The notes under the pieces: generated by a model
Databases searched by the model: none
What the model was told of the DNA's origin: nothing
What the model saw: only the letters and a program-made list of their open reading frames with translations
Part shown: piece after piece, positions 30,316-40,466 of the stretch
Layout: every line of letters begins with the position of its first letter
Position numbering within the stretch: the stretch's first letter is position 1
Program-made: the position numbers and the translations under genes
Assembly (NCBI GenBank): GCA_002451155.1
Contig: DKBG01000042.1
Coordinates: forward strand, 12,133-76,132
Source of the DNA: Ignavibacteria bacterium UBA6906
Lineage (GTDB): Bacteria > Bacteroidota > Ignavibacteria > UBA10030 > UBA6906
Direction of reading: 5' to 3'
Length of the DNA stretch: 64,000 nt

Positions 30316-32526
30316 ATGCCTCCCACACCGACAGGTCGACGGACGGACAGATGCCCTGGCAGGGCAGCGGCCCGGGAATTTGGCCCGGCATGTCTGCGCA
30401 TCACGGGCTTGCTCATCGCCGCGACCCTGCTCCATGCGAGTCCCGGCCTGGGGCAGGAGACTCCGATACGGACCGATTTGATGACCCAGGTGAGTGAGAT
30501 CCGTTTTCGATTCGTCGAATCACGGAGCTTCACCGATGCCGATCTCCATTCCCGCATCGCGCTGACGGAACGCGGCCGGTTCGTGGGCCTCCGAAACTTC
30601 ATCTCCTTTCTCCCAATGATTGACCCGGTGGGGGACCATCCCTTTGACCCGATTGAGCTCCAGCGGGACGTGGTACGACTCCGTCACTTCTATCGGAACG
30701 CAGGATTTCTCTATCCTCGAATCTCCTATGACCTCCGCCTTGACCCGGAGGATAATCTCATCGACATCACCTTCGTCATTGATGAAGGACCACCGATTCT
30801 TCTCAAGGCGGTTCAGGATTCCGGGATCGGATCAGCGGGACACCCCGACCTTCCCGACGAGGTTGCCGCACAGTGGCGCCGATCGCGTTCGCGCATCGTT
30901 CCGGAGATCGGCAGTCGACTTAATCTGTATGATTTTCCAAGAGTCGAGGCTGCGAGCATCGCCTGGTTCAGAGACAACGGCTACCCGTTCGCGCGTGTCG
31001 AAACTTCACCGGCTATCGATACGGCAGCCCGTTCGTATACCCTCGTCCTGCACGTTGACACCGGTCCCAGATCCAGGATCGGCACAATCAACGTAACCGG
31101 CGAGGAATCTGTGCGGCCGCGTATAATCCTCCGGGAACTTCCGTTTTCCACAGGAGACTACTATTCTTCAGGAAAGATGCTGGAAGGACGGCGGGAAATT
31201 CTCTCGCTCGGTCTCTTTCGCCGGGCAATTGTGACGATTCCCGAGGGGACGCTCCCCGCCGACACCATTCCCCTCTCCGTTGAGGTATCCGAAGGCCCAG
31301 CGCGGGTCATTGGCGGATCGGGAGGGTTCGACTCCCGGGGCGGCCTGACTCTCCAGGCAGAATGGCTGCACCGAAACTTCACGGGAGATGCGCGGACGTT
31401 CTCCGTGTCCGGACTTGCACAGACGGGTGTCTGGGCCACCGAAAGAATCCCGGAGATCCTGTATCGCGGCGCAATAACGCTTACGCAGCCCTACGTATTC
31501 CACCGCAGACTATCCCTTGTATTCGGACCGTATATCGAATTCCGGGACGATTATCGAGACCGATCCAAGGGCCTGGGTTTCACCACGAATCTGATCTACC
31601 AGGTCGATCCCCTTCGATCTGTCGCTCTGCGTTACACAATTAGCGACCGGAAAATCGAAGAAGCGCGGTTTGGCGAATACACGTCGGGTGCGATCGATAT
31701 CCTTACACTCCTGAGCAATCTGGCAAAGGGAACCCGGGTTCTGAAAAACAGTCTGGCGGCACAGGTCTCATACGGATCACTAGACGACATCTCCGTCCCC
31801 CGGGAGGGGTATCTGCTTCGACCCAACGCGGAAGTCACGTTTCTTCCCTCCTTGAACAGCGTGGAGTACTTCCGTTTCGATCTCCCTGTCTATGCATTCT
31901 ACCCTCTGAACGATCAGTTCGGATTCGCCTCACGACTGACCGTCGGTTCCATCCTCCCGTTCGGCAAAGGACTGCCCCAAGGTGACGAAACGACTACGGA
32001 GAAGTTCCTCCAGCTACGAGATGTCGTTTTCACGGCCGGCGGTCCGGAGGACGTACGCGGATGGGGGGCACGCCTCCTTGGTCCGAAATTTCCCGACATC
32101 AGAGTGACAAGCCTGAGCCCCGACACGACGGTTGCGGTCGACGGGTATATTCCTCTTGGAGGGTTGTCGCGGATGACCTTCAGCTGCGAGTTTCGCATGC
32201 CGTTTCCCGGACTCGGCCAGGCGGGAGGGATCGCAGTCTACTTTGACGGCGCACGCGTATGGAACGCGAAACCCGAATTCAAATCGATCGGTGCGTGGGG
32301 GGATGAGGACAAATTCTTCTACGGAACGGGGCTAGGGGTACTGTACCGCCTTCCTTTTGGGACCTTTCGATTAGACCTCGGATACAAGTTGAACCCCTCC
32401 TTCCAGGATTTGAGGGAGGCATCGGATGTTGTGAAGGCCCTGGACGAGGGCACCCCACTTTCAGATATCCCGGTTTACAATTCGAAGCGGTATCATGTAC
32501 ATTTCTCGATCTCCGTAACCTTCTGA
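30316..32526 (+). CDS. Omp85-family outer-membrane protein (BamA/TamA-like, POTRA domains plus a C-terminal beta-barrel)
   Basis: 736 aa, with POTRA-like repeats N-terminally and a C-terminal barrel ending ...HFSISVTF. It starts 4 nt after tamB. Confidence 0.7.
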   Translation: MPPTPTGRRTDRCPGRAAAREFGPACLRITGLLIAATLLHASPGLGQETPIRTDLMTQVSEIRFRFVESRSFTDADLHSRIALTERGRFVGLRNFISFLPMIDPVGDHPFDPIELQRDVVRLRHFYRNAGFLYPRISYDLRLDPEDNLIDITFVIDEGPPILLKAVQDSGIGSAGHPDLPDEVAAQWRRSRSRIVPEIGSRLNLYDFPRVEAASIAWFRDNGYPFARVETSPAIDTAARSYTLVLHVDTGPRSRIGTINVTGEESVRPRIILRELPFSTGDYYSSGKMLEGRREILSLGLFRRAIVTIPEGTLPADTIPLSVEVSEGPARVIGGSGGFDSRGGLTLQAEWLHRNFTGDARTFSVSGLAQTGVWATERIPEILYRGAITLTQPYVFHRRLSLVFGPYIEFRDDYRDRSKGLGFTTNLIYQVDPLRSVALRYTISDRKIEEARFGEYTSGAIDILTLLSNLAKGTRVLKNSLAAQVSYGSLDDISVPREGYLLRPNAEVTFLPSLNSVEYFRFDLPVYAFYPLNDQFGFASRLTVGSILPFGKGLPQGDETTTEKFLQLRDVVFTAGGPEDVRGWGARLLGPKFPDIRVTSLSPDTTVAVDGYIPLGGLSRMTFSCEFRMPFPGLGQAGGIAVYFDGARVWNAKPEFKSIGAWGDEDKFFYGTGLGVLYRLPFGTFRLDLGYKLNPSFQDLREASDVVKALDEGTPLSDIPVYNSKRYHVHFSISVTF

Positions 32527-32593
32527 CACTGCCCGGCCTCCTTCCATCCGGGGGAGAACCTCCCGAATGCATTCTCCTCCCCGCAGAGTGTGC

Positions 32594-33229
32594 TCACTGG
32601 CCTCCAGCCTGCTCCGGATAGATGACCCTGTGGACGATTGCTGCAAGCGCGCCTCCGGCAAAGTTGGCCACGAGGAAGATCCAGATCGTGGACCAGATCG
32701 ATAGGCCCATGACACTCATCCCGGCAGCAACGGCCGGATTGAGAGCGGCCCCGGAGATCCCGGTGATCGCGTAGGCGGAGGCCATCAGCGTGATTCCGAT
32801 TGCCAACCCCCGGATGCAGTGCTCATCCCGTTTCATTGAGGTCACCGTGCTGAGGACGACAAACGCCAGTGCAAACGTGAACAGCAGTTCCGCCAGAAGC
32901 GCTTTTGTCGGCTCCGGGGTCAGGAGCGGCGACGTAGCACCTCCACGCATAAACACAACGAGGAGGCCGGCAAGGCAGGCGGCGACTATCTGAGCGAGAG
33001 CGTATGGAAGCAGCCGCCGGGTTGGAAGTATCCCCCGGATCCACACTGCCAGAGTTACCGCAGGATTGAAGTAGCCTCCGGACATGTCGCCAATGGCACA
33101 AATCATCACCGCATAGACCGCCCCGATCGCCAGTGGTGCAAAGGGACCCACGCTCGGTGGAACAATCGTCAAACCCACCACCAGCGCAAGGAAGAAAGTT
33201 CCGATAAACTCTGCAAGGGCGTTCTTCAT
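32594..33229 (-). CDS. aquaporin / MIP-family channel
   Basis: Two NPA boxes (GGYFNPAVTLAVW and GAALNPAVAAG) in six hydrophobic helices. The start is probably MKNALAEFIGTFF at 33229. Confidence 0.88.
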   Translation of the reverse strand: MKNALAEFIGTFFLALVVGLTIVPPSVGPFAPLAIGAVYAVMICAIGDMSGGYFNPAVTLAVWIRGILPTRRLLPYALAQIVAACLAGLLVVFMRGGATSPLLTPEPTKALLAELLFTFALAFVVLSTVTSMKRDEHCIRGLAIGITLMASAYAITGISGAALNPAVAAGMSVMGLSIWSTIWIFLVANFAGGALAAIVHRVIYPEQAGGQ

Positions 33230-33499
33230 CCAAGCCTCCAGTAGAATGTGATAGTGTCCGACCAACGACGAGAAAAGGAGTGACGCACACATCGCAATTC
33301 AGTCCCGGCCGCGACGGACGCCAGAGCATGAGTTCTTCTTGCTTCGTGAGCGGGAACCAGGGCGTTACGCAGTGACCCCAAGGAAGACCTCTGCTGGAGA
33401 CGGTGCGCATTTGGACGACGCTGACCGGACTTCAGGATCCGGACCAGGGGACTTCTTCCCGGTCTGTGGTTCCGCTTGCTAAAGCGGATGTACGCAGAC

Positions 33500-35749
33500 T
33501 CATCGGGCCCCGGGCGGAAGGTGCTCGTCGAAATACCGGCTGAAGAGTGTATAAAGATGGATGGTTGTATTTTCCCCTTCGGAGATGCCATGGGTACGGT
33601 TGGGATATGACATCATTGAAAACTGCTTCTTCTCCTTCACGAGGGCATTGATCAAACGTTCGGCGCTCTGGTAGTGGACGTTATCGTCTCCTGTGCCATG
33701 GACCAGCAGGAGGTTGCCGCGGAGCCCTCCTGCGTGGGTGATCGGTGAGCCGTCCCGGTACCCCCGTTCATTGTCGGGGAGAAGGCCCATGTATCGTTCC
33801 TGGTAGATCGCATCGTACAGCCGCTGGTCGCTCACGAACGCGACAGCGATGCCGGTCTGATACAGCTCCGGGTACCGGAACAACCCGTTCAGGGTCATTG
33901 ATCCCCCCCCGCTCCATCCCCAGACTCCGATCCTGGTCGAGTCAACGAACGGCCATCGTCGCATTGCCCGCACCGCCGCCGCCTGGTCCTCCGAGGCGAG
34001 GATACCGATCTGGCGATAGATACATTTCCTCCAGGCTCTTCCGCGCGGTGCGGGCGTCCCTCTGTTATCAACGCTAACAACGATGTATCCCCGCTGGGTC
34101 AGTAGAAGGTGCCAGAGATAGGTGTCCCCACCCCACCGATCCAGGACCGTTTGGGCTGCGGGCTCGCCGTAGACATACACGATCAGCGGGTACGTCCGGG
34201 TTGAATCGAAATCCGGGGGGAGCATTTTCCAGCCATCGAGGAGCACTCCCCCGCCAATATCGACACGAAAAAAGGAGGAGGCGCCCCTCTTCAGCCGGTC
34301 CACGGACCGTCGGGCCGCTTTGCCGGAGACCACCGTGCGGACGACCGCATGATCGGGGAGGCGTACAAGTTCCACGCTCGGGGGCGTGCCGAAGGCCGAG
34401 AATGTATGGAAGGCCCACGCGCCGTTCGGGGCGATATCGTATGTGTGCCAACCATTCTGGTCCGGGGGAGTACACCGCTCGACTGCCCCCCCACCTTTCA
34501 GGGAGACTCGATACAGCGAGCGGCGCGTTGGGTTTTCCGGCGAGGCGGACAGGTAGACCCATTGGCCTCGTGCGTCGACACGATCCACGGAGAGGACATC
34601 GAATGGTCCCGGCGTGAGATTCGCGATCATCGCTCCCGAACGGTCATGAAGGAAGAGGTGGTTCCACCCGTCCCGTTCGCTCAACCAGAGAAACGCGCGG
34701 CCGCCGTTCACCCACTTCATCGAATCCACGACTTCCACCCATGCGCTATCCGAGTCGGTCAGGATCGCACGTACCTCGCCCGTCCGTCTGTCTCCGATCA
34801 TGAGGCGGTTCCTGTTCTGCCGTCGATTGAGGTACTGAAAAGCGATCTCATTCGAATTCCCGGCCCAGTCCATCCGGGGGATGTAGTTGTCGCGGGGATC
34901 CCCCGGAACATTCATCCAGAGGGTCTGTCCACCTGCAACGCTGACCACCCCGATCCGGCAGGCGGACAACGTCTCGCCGACTTTGGGATAGGGAATCGGC
35001 GTGATGAACGGGTAGAGCGAATCCGTGTTATTGATCAGATAGAAGTCTCTTACCCCTGTCGCATCGAGATGCCAGTAGGCAATGTGCTGTCCGTCCGGGC
35101 TCCAGCGAAACCCGTCCCGAATCCCGAACTCTTCCTCGTACACCCAGTCAAATGTCCCGTTGATCGATGTCTGCGATCCGTCACCAGTCAGCGCGGTTAT
35201 CTCCCGTGTCTGGATATTCTGAACATACAGATTTCCCCCACACACATACCCAAGCTTATCACCGGCGGGGGAGAACTTTGCGAACATCAGCGTTGAGGGT
35301 TTTGCATCTCCGCCAACTTTCCAGAGTGTCCAGTCCGCCAGCCGGAGTACCCAGTAGTCTCCCCGGCTTCGCACCCGCCAGACACGTTTACTGTTGGTGT
35401 ACAGAAGCAAGAGTTTTCTATCTGGAGACCACTCGTAGTTCTCAGGATTCAATGCCGTTGAATCGCCGGCGGGGCAGAGCCGCTCGGCGGGAACAAGGAG
35501 GCTGCGCGCACCCGTTGCTGTTTCATACCTGACAATATCCCTTCCCCCTTTCACGCTGACCGAACGCTCAACGGTCGTGTAGGAATCTCCGTCGTCCAGC
35601 CACCGAACCTCCCCGACGCGGCCCGGACTGAACTCCCTGGTGCCGAATATTCTCTGAACGGTCAGTGCGGTGGAATCCGCTTCCTGCGCAAATGCGGCAG
35701 TGGGAAGAAGAACGCCAGCCCCGATCAGGAAGAACCACTTTGGATGCAT
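33500..35749 (-). CDS. S9-family serine peptidase, dipeptidyl-peptidase IV-like (N-terminal beta-propeller plus alpha/beta hydrolase)
   Basis: Nucleophile motif GVWGWSGGGSMT (GxSxGG), downstream His (HGTGDDNVH), a DPPIV_N-like propeller region and a signal peptide. Confidence 0.85.
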   Translation of the reverse strand: MHPKWFFLIGAGVLLPTAAFAQEADSTALTVQRIFGTREFSPGRVGEVRWLDDGDSYTTVERSVSVKGGRDIVRYETATGARSLLVPAERLCPAGDSTALNPENYEWSPDRKLLLLYTNSKRVWRVRSRGDYWVLRLADWTLWKVGGDAKPSTLMFAKFSPAGDKLGYVCGGNLYVQNIQTREITALTGDGSQTSINGTFDWVYEEEFGIRDGFRWSPDGQHIAYWHLDATGVRDFYLINNTDSLYPFITPIPYPKVGETLSACRIGVVSVAGGQTLWMNVPGDPRDNYIPRMDWAGNSNEIAFQYLNRRQNRNRLMIGDRRTGEVRAILTDSDSAWVEVVDSMKWVNGGRAFLWLSERDGWNHLFLHDRSGAMIANLTPGPFDVLSVDRVDARGQWVYLSASPENPTRRSLYRVSLKGGGAVERCTPPDQNGWHTYDIAPNGAWAFHTFSAFGTPPSVELVRLPDHAVVRTVVSGKAARRSVDRLKRGASSFFRVDIGGGVLLDGWKMLPPDFDSTRTYPLIVYVYGEPAAQTVLDRWGGDTYLWHLLLTQRGYIVVSVDNRGTPAPRGRAWRKCIYRQIGILASEDQAAAVRAMRRWPFVDSTRIGVWGWSGGGSMTLNGLFRYPELYQTGIAVAFVSDQRLYDAIYQERYMGLLPDNERGYRDGSPITHAGGLRGNLLLVHGTGDDNVHYQSAERLINALVKEKKQFSMMSYPNRTHGISEGENTTIHLYTLFSRYFDEHLPPGAR

Positions 35750-35773
35750 GCAGTACTCCTGTGTGTGTCTCTC

Positions 35774-36877
35774 TCACGAAATCGTAAGGAGCGGTTTCCC
35801 GAGTTGTTGTTCGTCGACACTGATGCCCAGCCCCGGTCCTGCCGGAACGGCCAGGCGTCCCTCAACCCTCCGCGGCGCATCGGGGGCAAGATGGATGTCG
35901 TTGTAGCTGTTGAAGTCCGTTGACGTGAAGAAATATCGTGGCTGCGTGCTGCCAACCAGGTGGGCGATCGTTGCGGTGGTAACATCACCACCCCAGCTAT
36001 CCTCAAGGGTCATGGCGATCCCGAGCGATTCGCAGAGATTTCTGAGCTGAGCCGCCCTGGTTAATCCGCCGACTCTTGAGATTTTGATGTTGACCAGATC
36101 CATTGCACCATCCTGATATGCCCGCACTAACGGCAGCACACCGGTGATCACCTCGTCAAGGACAAACGGCAGGTTCGTGTTCCGCCGAACTCTGAGACAT
36201 TCTTCGTATCCGGCGCACGGCGCCTCGATATAGACATCATCGTCTGCCAGCGCCCTGACAACCCGCAGTGCTTCATGGGAGAGCCAGCCGGTATTGGCAT
36301 CGGCGACAAGGACATCGCCGCTCTGCAAGACGTTTCTCACACGTTTGACCCGTTCAACATCCTGGTCCGGCTCGCCGCCAACTTTCAGCTGGAAGCGGCG
36401 GTAGCCTTCCGCCCTGAAGCGCGAGACATCCGCGGCCATCTCCGCAGGACTTTGCTGGGAGATTGCGCGATAGAGCGGGTAGCTGTCCATTGTTCGTCCC
36501 CCGAGGAGGGTGCTCACCGGGACCCCGGTTGACCGGCCCAGGATGTCCCATGCCGCAATGTCGATGGGAGATTTTGCGTAGTGATGGCCGCCGAGCGTGG
36601 CATCCATGATGCTGTTGAGCTCGCGGATCCGGGACGGATCCCGCCCGAGAATGACTTCGCCCAGTTCCTGGAATCCGGCCGGCACCCCCCGCGCGAACGC
36701 ATCCATGTATGCAGAGCCGAGCGGACAGACTTCTCCGTATCCGGCGATCCCGGTATCGGTCGAGATCTTCACGATGGTGGTAAGAAAGGTGGAGACAGCG
36801 TGCCCGCCGGACCAGGCATAGCGATGATCAAGAAGCCGGTAGGGAATCTGATACAGATCCAGGCGTGTGATTTTCAT
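35774..36877 (-). CDS. enolase-superfamily enzyme (mandelate racemase / muconate lactonizing enzyme family, e.g. a dipeptide epimerase)
   Basis: N-terminal capping domain MKITRLDLYQIPYRL..., a barrel domain with metal-ligand Asp/Glu spacing, and the typical length of 367 aa. Confidence 0.7.
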   Translation of the reverse strand: MKITRLDLYQIPYRLLDHRYAWSGGHAVSTFLTTIVKISTDTGIAGYGEVCPLGSAYMDAFARGVPAGFQELGEVILGRDPSRIRELNSIMDATLGGHHYAKSPIDIAAWDILGRSTGVPVSTLLGGRTMDSYPLYRAISQQSPAEMAADVSRFRAEGYRRFQLKVGGEPDQDVERVKRVRNVLQSGDVLVADANTGWLSHEALRVVRALADDDVYIEAPCAGYEECLRVRRNTNLPFVLDEVITGVLPLVRAYQDGAMDLVNIKISRVGGLTRAAQLRNLCESLGIAMTLEDSWGGDVTTATIAHLVGSTQPRYFFTSTDFNSYNDIHLAPDAPRRVEGRLAVPAGPGLGISVDEQQLGKPLLTIS

Positions 36878-37162
36878 TTCTCGCGGTCCGATAGTATGGG
36901 GGAGGCGCGTGTGTGACAGGGCAAAACCTCAGCGAAAATACTGATCCTTGGTCCTCGAATCAAGCTCCCATCAGACTCTGGACAGATTTCGTCCAACAGC
37001 CCTGACCTTGGATGCAGTCAGCGAAACACCCCGGGGCCGCCCCCTTGGGATTCGCCTGTCAGGTGCCCTGCACTGGGCGAATGGATTATATCCGGTTTTT
37101 TGACCACATTAGACCAGGCCCGTCGAGGCCGAATGACTCGAGACACTTTAGACGGAGGTTCT

Positions 37163-37834
37163 ATGAAACCGCTTTCCGTAAGTGTTGCTCCTGTCGCTCT
37201 CTCCGTTCTGCTGTTTAGCGTTTCGCTCGCCCAAACGACCCTCCCCCGCCAGGAAAAGCTCGTTTTCGAGAACCAGTTCGTCAAGGCGTACGAGGTAACC
37301 ATCAAGCCAGGCGAGTCCCTTCCTCCCCATGAAAGCGGAAACCGGATCATCTATTCGCTCACAAAGTACACCCTCCGGTACAAATGGGACGGCCGCACAT
37401 CAGAAGAGAAGCGGAAGGCAGGCGATGTTCATTTTCATCCTGCAGGAAGACACAACGAGGAGAACGGCGGCACAAATACGGCGAAGTTCATCCTTGTGGA
37501 ACGCCTGGAGACTCCGCTTCCGCCGGCTGAGGGGACCGGGATCGATATGGCCAAGGCAAATCCGCACAACACAACGGTGCTCTTTGACAGAGATATGGCA
37601 AAAGTCTTTGATGTCACCCTCTATCCCAAAGACGCGATCAGCATGCACTTCGGACTCGACCGCCTGATCTACAGTGTCAACGCGGGGACGCTTTCCGTGA
37701 CGAGTCCCGATGGAAAGAAAACCAATATGTCATTCAAGGCAGGCGGCTATCAATGGGAGCCGGCCGGCCTGCACGCGGCTGAAAACGGGGGAAAAAACGC
37801 TGTCAAGCTGGTCGTCTTCAGCTTCAAAAAGTAG
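37163..37834 (+). CDS. secreted protein with two tandem cupin-like repeats, function unknown
   Basis: A GGAGG Shine-Dalgarno sequence lies 4 nt before the ATG at 37163. Signal peptide MKPLSVSVAPVALSVLLFSVSLAQT. Internal duplication: ...VKAYEVTIKPGESLPPHESGNRIIYSL...HFHPAGRHNEENGGTN...LVERLE is repeated as ...AKVFDVTLYPKDAISMHFGLDRLIYSV...WEPAGLHAAENGGKNA...VVFSFKK. Confidence 0.6.
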   Translation: MKPLSVSVAPVALSVLLFSVSLAQTTLPRQEKLVFENQFVKAYEVTIKPGESLPPHESGNRIIYSLTKYTLRYKWDGRTSEEKRKAGDVHFHPAGRHNEENGGTNTAKFILVERLETPLPPAEGTGIDMAKANPHNTTVLFDRDMAKVFDVTLYPKDAISMHFGLDRLIYSVNAGTLSVTSPDGKKTNMSFKAGGYQWEPAGLHAAENGGKNAVKLVVFSFKK

Positions 37835-37897
37835 CTCCGGGGCACCCCGCGGGCGTGGACCGCTCCACGCCCGCCTGGGAACCCCTTCGGGGTGCCC

Positions 37898-40417
37898 TCA
37901 CTCAACACGGTACTCCCCGCGCAGGCGGATATCCCGCGACGAACTTCCAACCAGAATATCAAACTTCCCAGGCTCCACCGTCCAGCGTGTTGTTGTGGGA
38001 TTGAAGAACGAGAGCGCTTCACGCGGAAGGTCGAACGTGAGATCAGTCTTCTGTCCTGGCCGCAGGATGATCTTGCTGAACCCCTTCAGTTCTTTCACGG
38101 GACGGGGAACCGAACATTCCGGATCGCTGACATAGAGCTGGACCACCTCTGCACCCACGCGCCGGGACGTATTCTCAACCTGCAGTGAGACGCGTACAGC
38201 CAGGCCCGAAGCCGTTGACGCAGGAACGATTCGCAGATTGCGATACTCGAACGTCGAATAGGAGAGCCCGAATCCAAACGGAAAAGCCACATCCAGGTTT
38301 TTCGCGTCGAATCCCCTGTACCCCACCATCACTCCCTCTTTATAGTTCACCGTTCCCGCGTTGCCCGGATAATTGCCATGTGCGGGTGACTCCTCCCACC
38401 GTTTCGGAAACGTCACGGGGAGCTTGCCGGAAGGATTTGCCATTCCCGTGAGCAGATCAACCAGGCTTTCCGCCCCTTCCTGGCCGGGATACCAGGCGAG
38501 GAGGAGTGCCGGCACCCGATTTAGCCACCGTGTCATGAGTACCGGCGCTCCGGCATTGAGGATCACTACCGTCCTCTTGTTGACGCGGAGCACGGCTTCG
38601 ATGAGATCGTTCTGGGCTTGCGGAAGCTCAAGGGATTCCCGGTCGAATCCTTCGCATTCCAATTCGTCATTGAGGCCGGCAAAAACAAACGCGATGTCCG
38701 CGTCCCGCGCAGCCTGCACCGCTTCCGCAAGCGGCTTGTCCGCGTCGCTGCGCCAAGCGAGCCGGGCAGTCGCCCTGCCGCCGGCATCAAAGTACTCCAT
38801 TTTCAGCGGGTAGGGACGGCCCCCGCGAAGCGTCAGCGTCACCGACTGAGTTTTCGGTCCACGGCTGTGCCAGTCATCGATGAGCAGCCTGTTTTCAAGC
38901 GCGAGGCGTACACCGTCGTCGGTCCGCACGCTGAGTTCATACCGCCCGTCCGCCGGGGGGACCAGAACGCCAGTCCACCGGACCGAGAACCCATCGTTCG
39001 GGAGCGTGGGTGCCGGCGCGTCCTGATTCCAGGTGAAGTCGATTTTTGGGTCGACACGTACAAGGACGGGGGTTCCTTTGCAGTCCGGGTTTGCGAAATA
39101 TTCTCCGAGTACGCCGATTCCGCTGTTTCCGGGGCGAAGCGACGCAGACTCCACGGTCATAAAATCCTCATCAGAGAAGAGGCCGCGGGCATAGGTCACA
39201 CGAAAGGAACCGCCCGCGCGACGCACAAATACCTCCAGAGGTGAGAGAGCGCCAGTCGGTTCGACCCGGGCGCTCCCGCCTCCTCCGACCACTGCCACAG
39301 ATGCGTTCGGCCCGAGGACTGCGATGGACCGCACCGAGCGAAGGTCAAGCGGGAGCAGGTTCGCATCGTTCTTGAGCAGCACCATTCCTTCGCGGGCAAC
39401 CTCCCGCGCCGCGGTGCGCTGCTGTCCACCCGACACTGCCTCCTCACGGGGCATCACCGGTTCATCACACATGCCGGTCCAGAGCATCGCCTTCAGTATG
39501 CGAGTCACCTTTTCGTTGATCACCGATTCATCCACCTGCCCCTGCCGGACGGCATCAAGCAAGGAGGCGGTGAAGTATTTCCCATCAGGCATTTCCAGAT
39601 CCAGCCCAGCCTGGGCGGCCTGAATGGTCGAATGCGTCGCACCCCAGTCAGAGACGACGAACCCCTGAAACCCCCATTCTTTCTTCAATATCCCATCGAG
39701 CAGCCATGAGTTCTCTGTACAGTAGAGACCATTCAGCTTATTGTAGGCTGCCATCACCGACCATGCTCCCCCATCCTGGATGCCAGCCTTGAAGGCGGGA
39801 AAATAGATCTCACGCAGCGTCCGTTCGTCAACGTTCGCACTGACGGTGAACCTGTCGGTCTCCTGGTTGTTTGCGGCGAAGTGTTTCACGCACGCGATGA
39901 CCTTTTCCGACTGGACCCCGCGCACGAATGCCACAGTCATCACGCTCGCAAGATAGGGATCCTCGCCGAAGCTCTCGAAGCTCCGCCCGCCCATCGGGAC
40001 ACGGACAATATTGACGCAGGGGGCCAGTACCATCTGGCGTCCCTTCGCTTTCGCGTCCAGTGCGATAGCAACAGCCGCCCTCTGAATAAGGTCGGGATTC
40101 CACGTAGCCGCCATACACGCACCTGCCGGGAACGCGGTCGCCTTTCCCCAACGCACCCCCTGAGGTCCGTCAGTCATCCGGAGGGGGGGAATTCCCAGCC
40201 GGGTGACCGGCTTCGTTTCGAACCCGACGCCGGCCAACATGTCAATCTTTTCCTGGAGCGTCATCCGCTCCAGCAGGCCTTTTGCGCGCTGGCTGATGGC
40301 ATCGCGATCGTCGCTCCCCGGCGGTGGTTGCCCGCCCCGGGCTACGCTCCCCACACCGACAATCAGGAGAACTGTCAGGGATACCAATTTGGTGCCCATA
40401 GTTGCTGCTCCTTCCAT
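37898..40417 (-). CDS. glycoside hydrolase family 3 beta-glucosidase with an inserted PA14 domain and a C-terminal Fn3-like domain
   Basis: GH3 nucleophile region GFVVSDWGATHS (SDW), 839 aa, a signal peptide, and a PA14-like insert (...FSVRWTGVLVPPADGRYELSVRTDDGVRL...). Confidence 0.85.
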   Translation of the reverse strand: MEGAATMGTKLVSLTVLLIVGVGSVARGGQPPPGSDDRDAISQRAKGLLERMTLQEKIDMLAGVGFETKPVTRLGIPPLRMTDGPQGVRWGKATAFPAGACMAATWNPDLIQRAAVAIALDAKAKGRQMVLAPCVNIVRVPMGGRSFESFGEDPYLASVMTVAFVRGVQSEKVIACVKHFAANNQETDRFTVSANVDERTLREIYFPAFKAGIQDGGAWSVMAAYNKLNGLYCTENSWLLDGILKKEWGFQGFVVSDWGATHSTIQAAQAGLDLEMPDGKYFTASLLDAVRQGQVDESVINEKVTRILKAMLWTGMCDEPVMPREEAVSGGQQRTAAREVAREGMVLLKNDANLLPLDLRSVRSIAVLGPNASVAVVGGGGSARVEPTGALSPLEVFVRRAGGSFRVTYARGLFSDEDFMTVESASLRPGNSGIGVLGEYFANPDCKGTPVLVRVDPKIDFTWNQDAPAPTLPNDGFSVRWTGVLVPPADGRYELSVRTDDGVRLALENRLLIDDWHSRGPKTQSVTLTLRGGRPYPLKMEYFDAGGRATARLAWRSDADKPLAEAVQAARDADIAFVFAGLNDELECEGFDRESLELPQAQNDLIEAVLRVNKRTVVILNAGAPVLMTRWLNRVPALLLAWYPGQEGAESLVDLLTGMANPSGKLPVTFPKRWEESPAHGNYPGNAGTVNYKEGVMVGYRGFDAKNLDVAFPFGFGLSYSTFEYRNLRIVPASTASGLAVRVSLQVENTSRRVGAEVVQLYVSDPECSVPRPVKELKGFSKIILRPGQKTDLTFDLPREALSFFNPTTTRWTVEPGKFDILVGSSSRDIRLRGEYRVE

Positions 40418-40466
40418 CCGGACAGGATCAGTTCCTCCGCTGTGATTCAGCGGGGGAGCGTCCTCA

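Noticed and set aside
34349-35296. 315-aa plus-strand ORF
   Set aside because: It is antisense to the DPP-IV peptidase gene, and its translation is low-complexity and Arg-rich.
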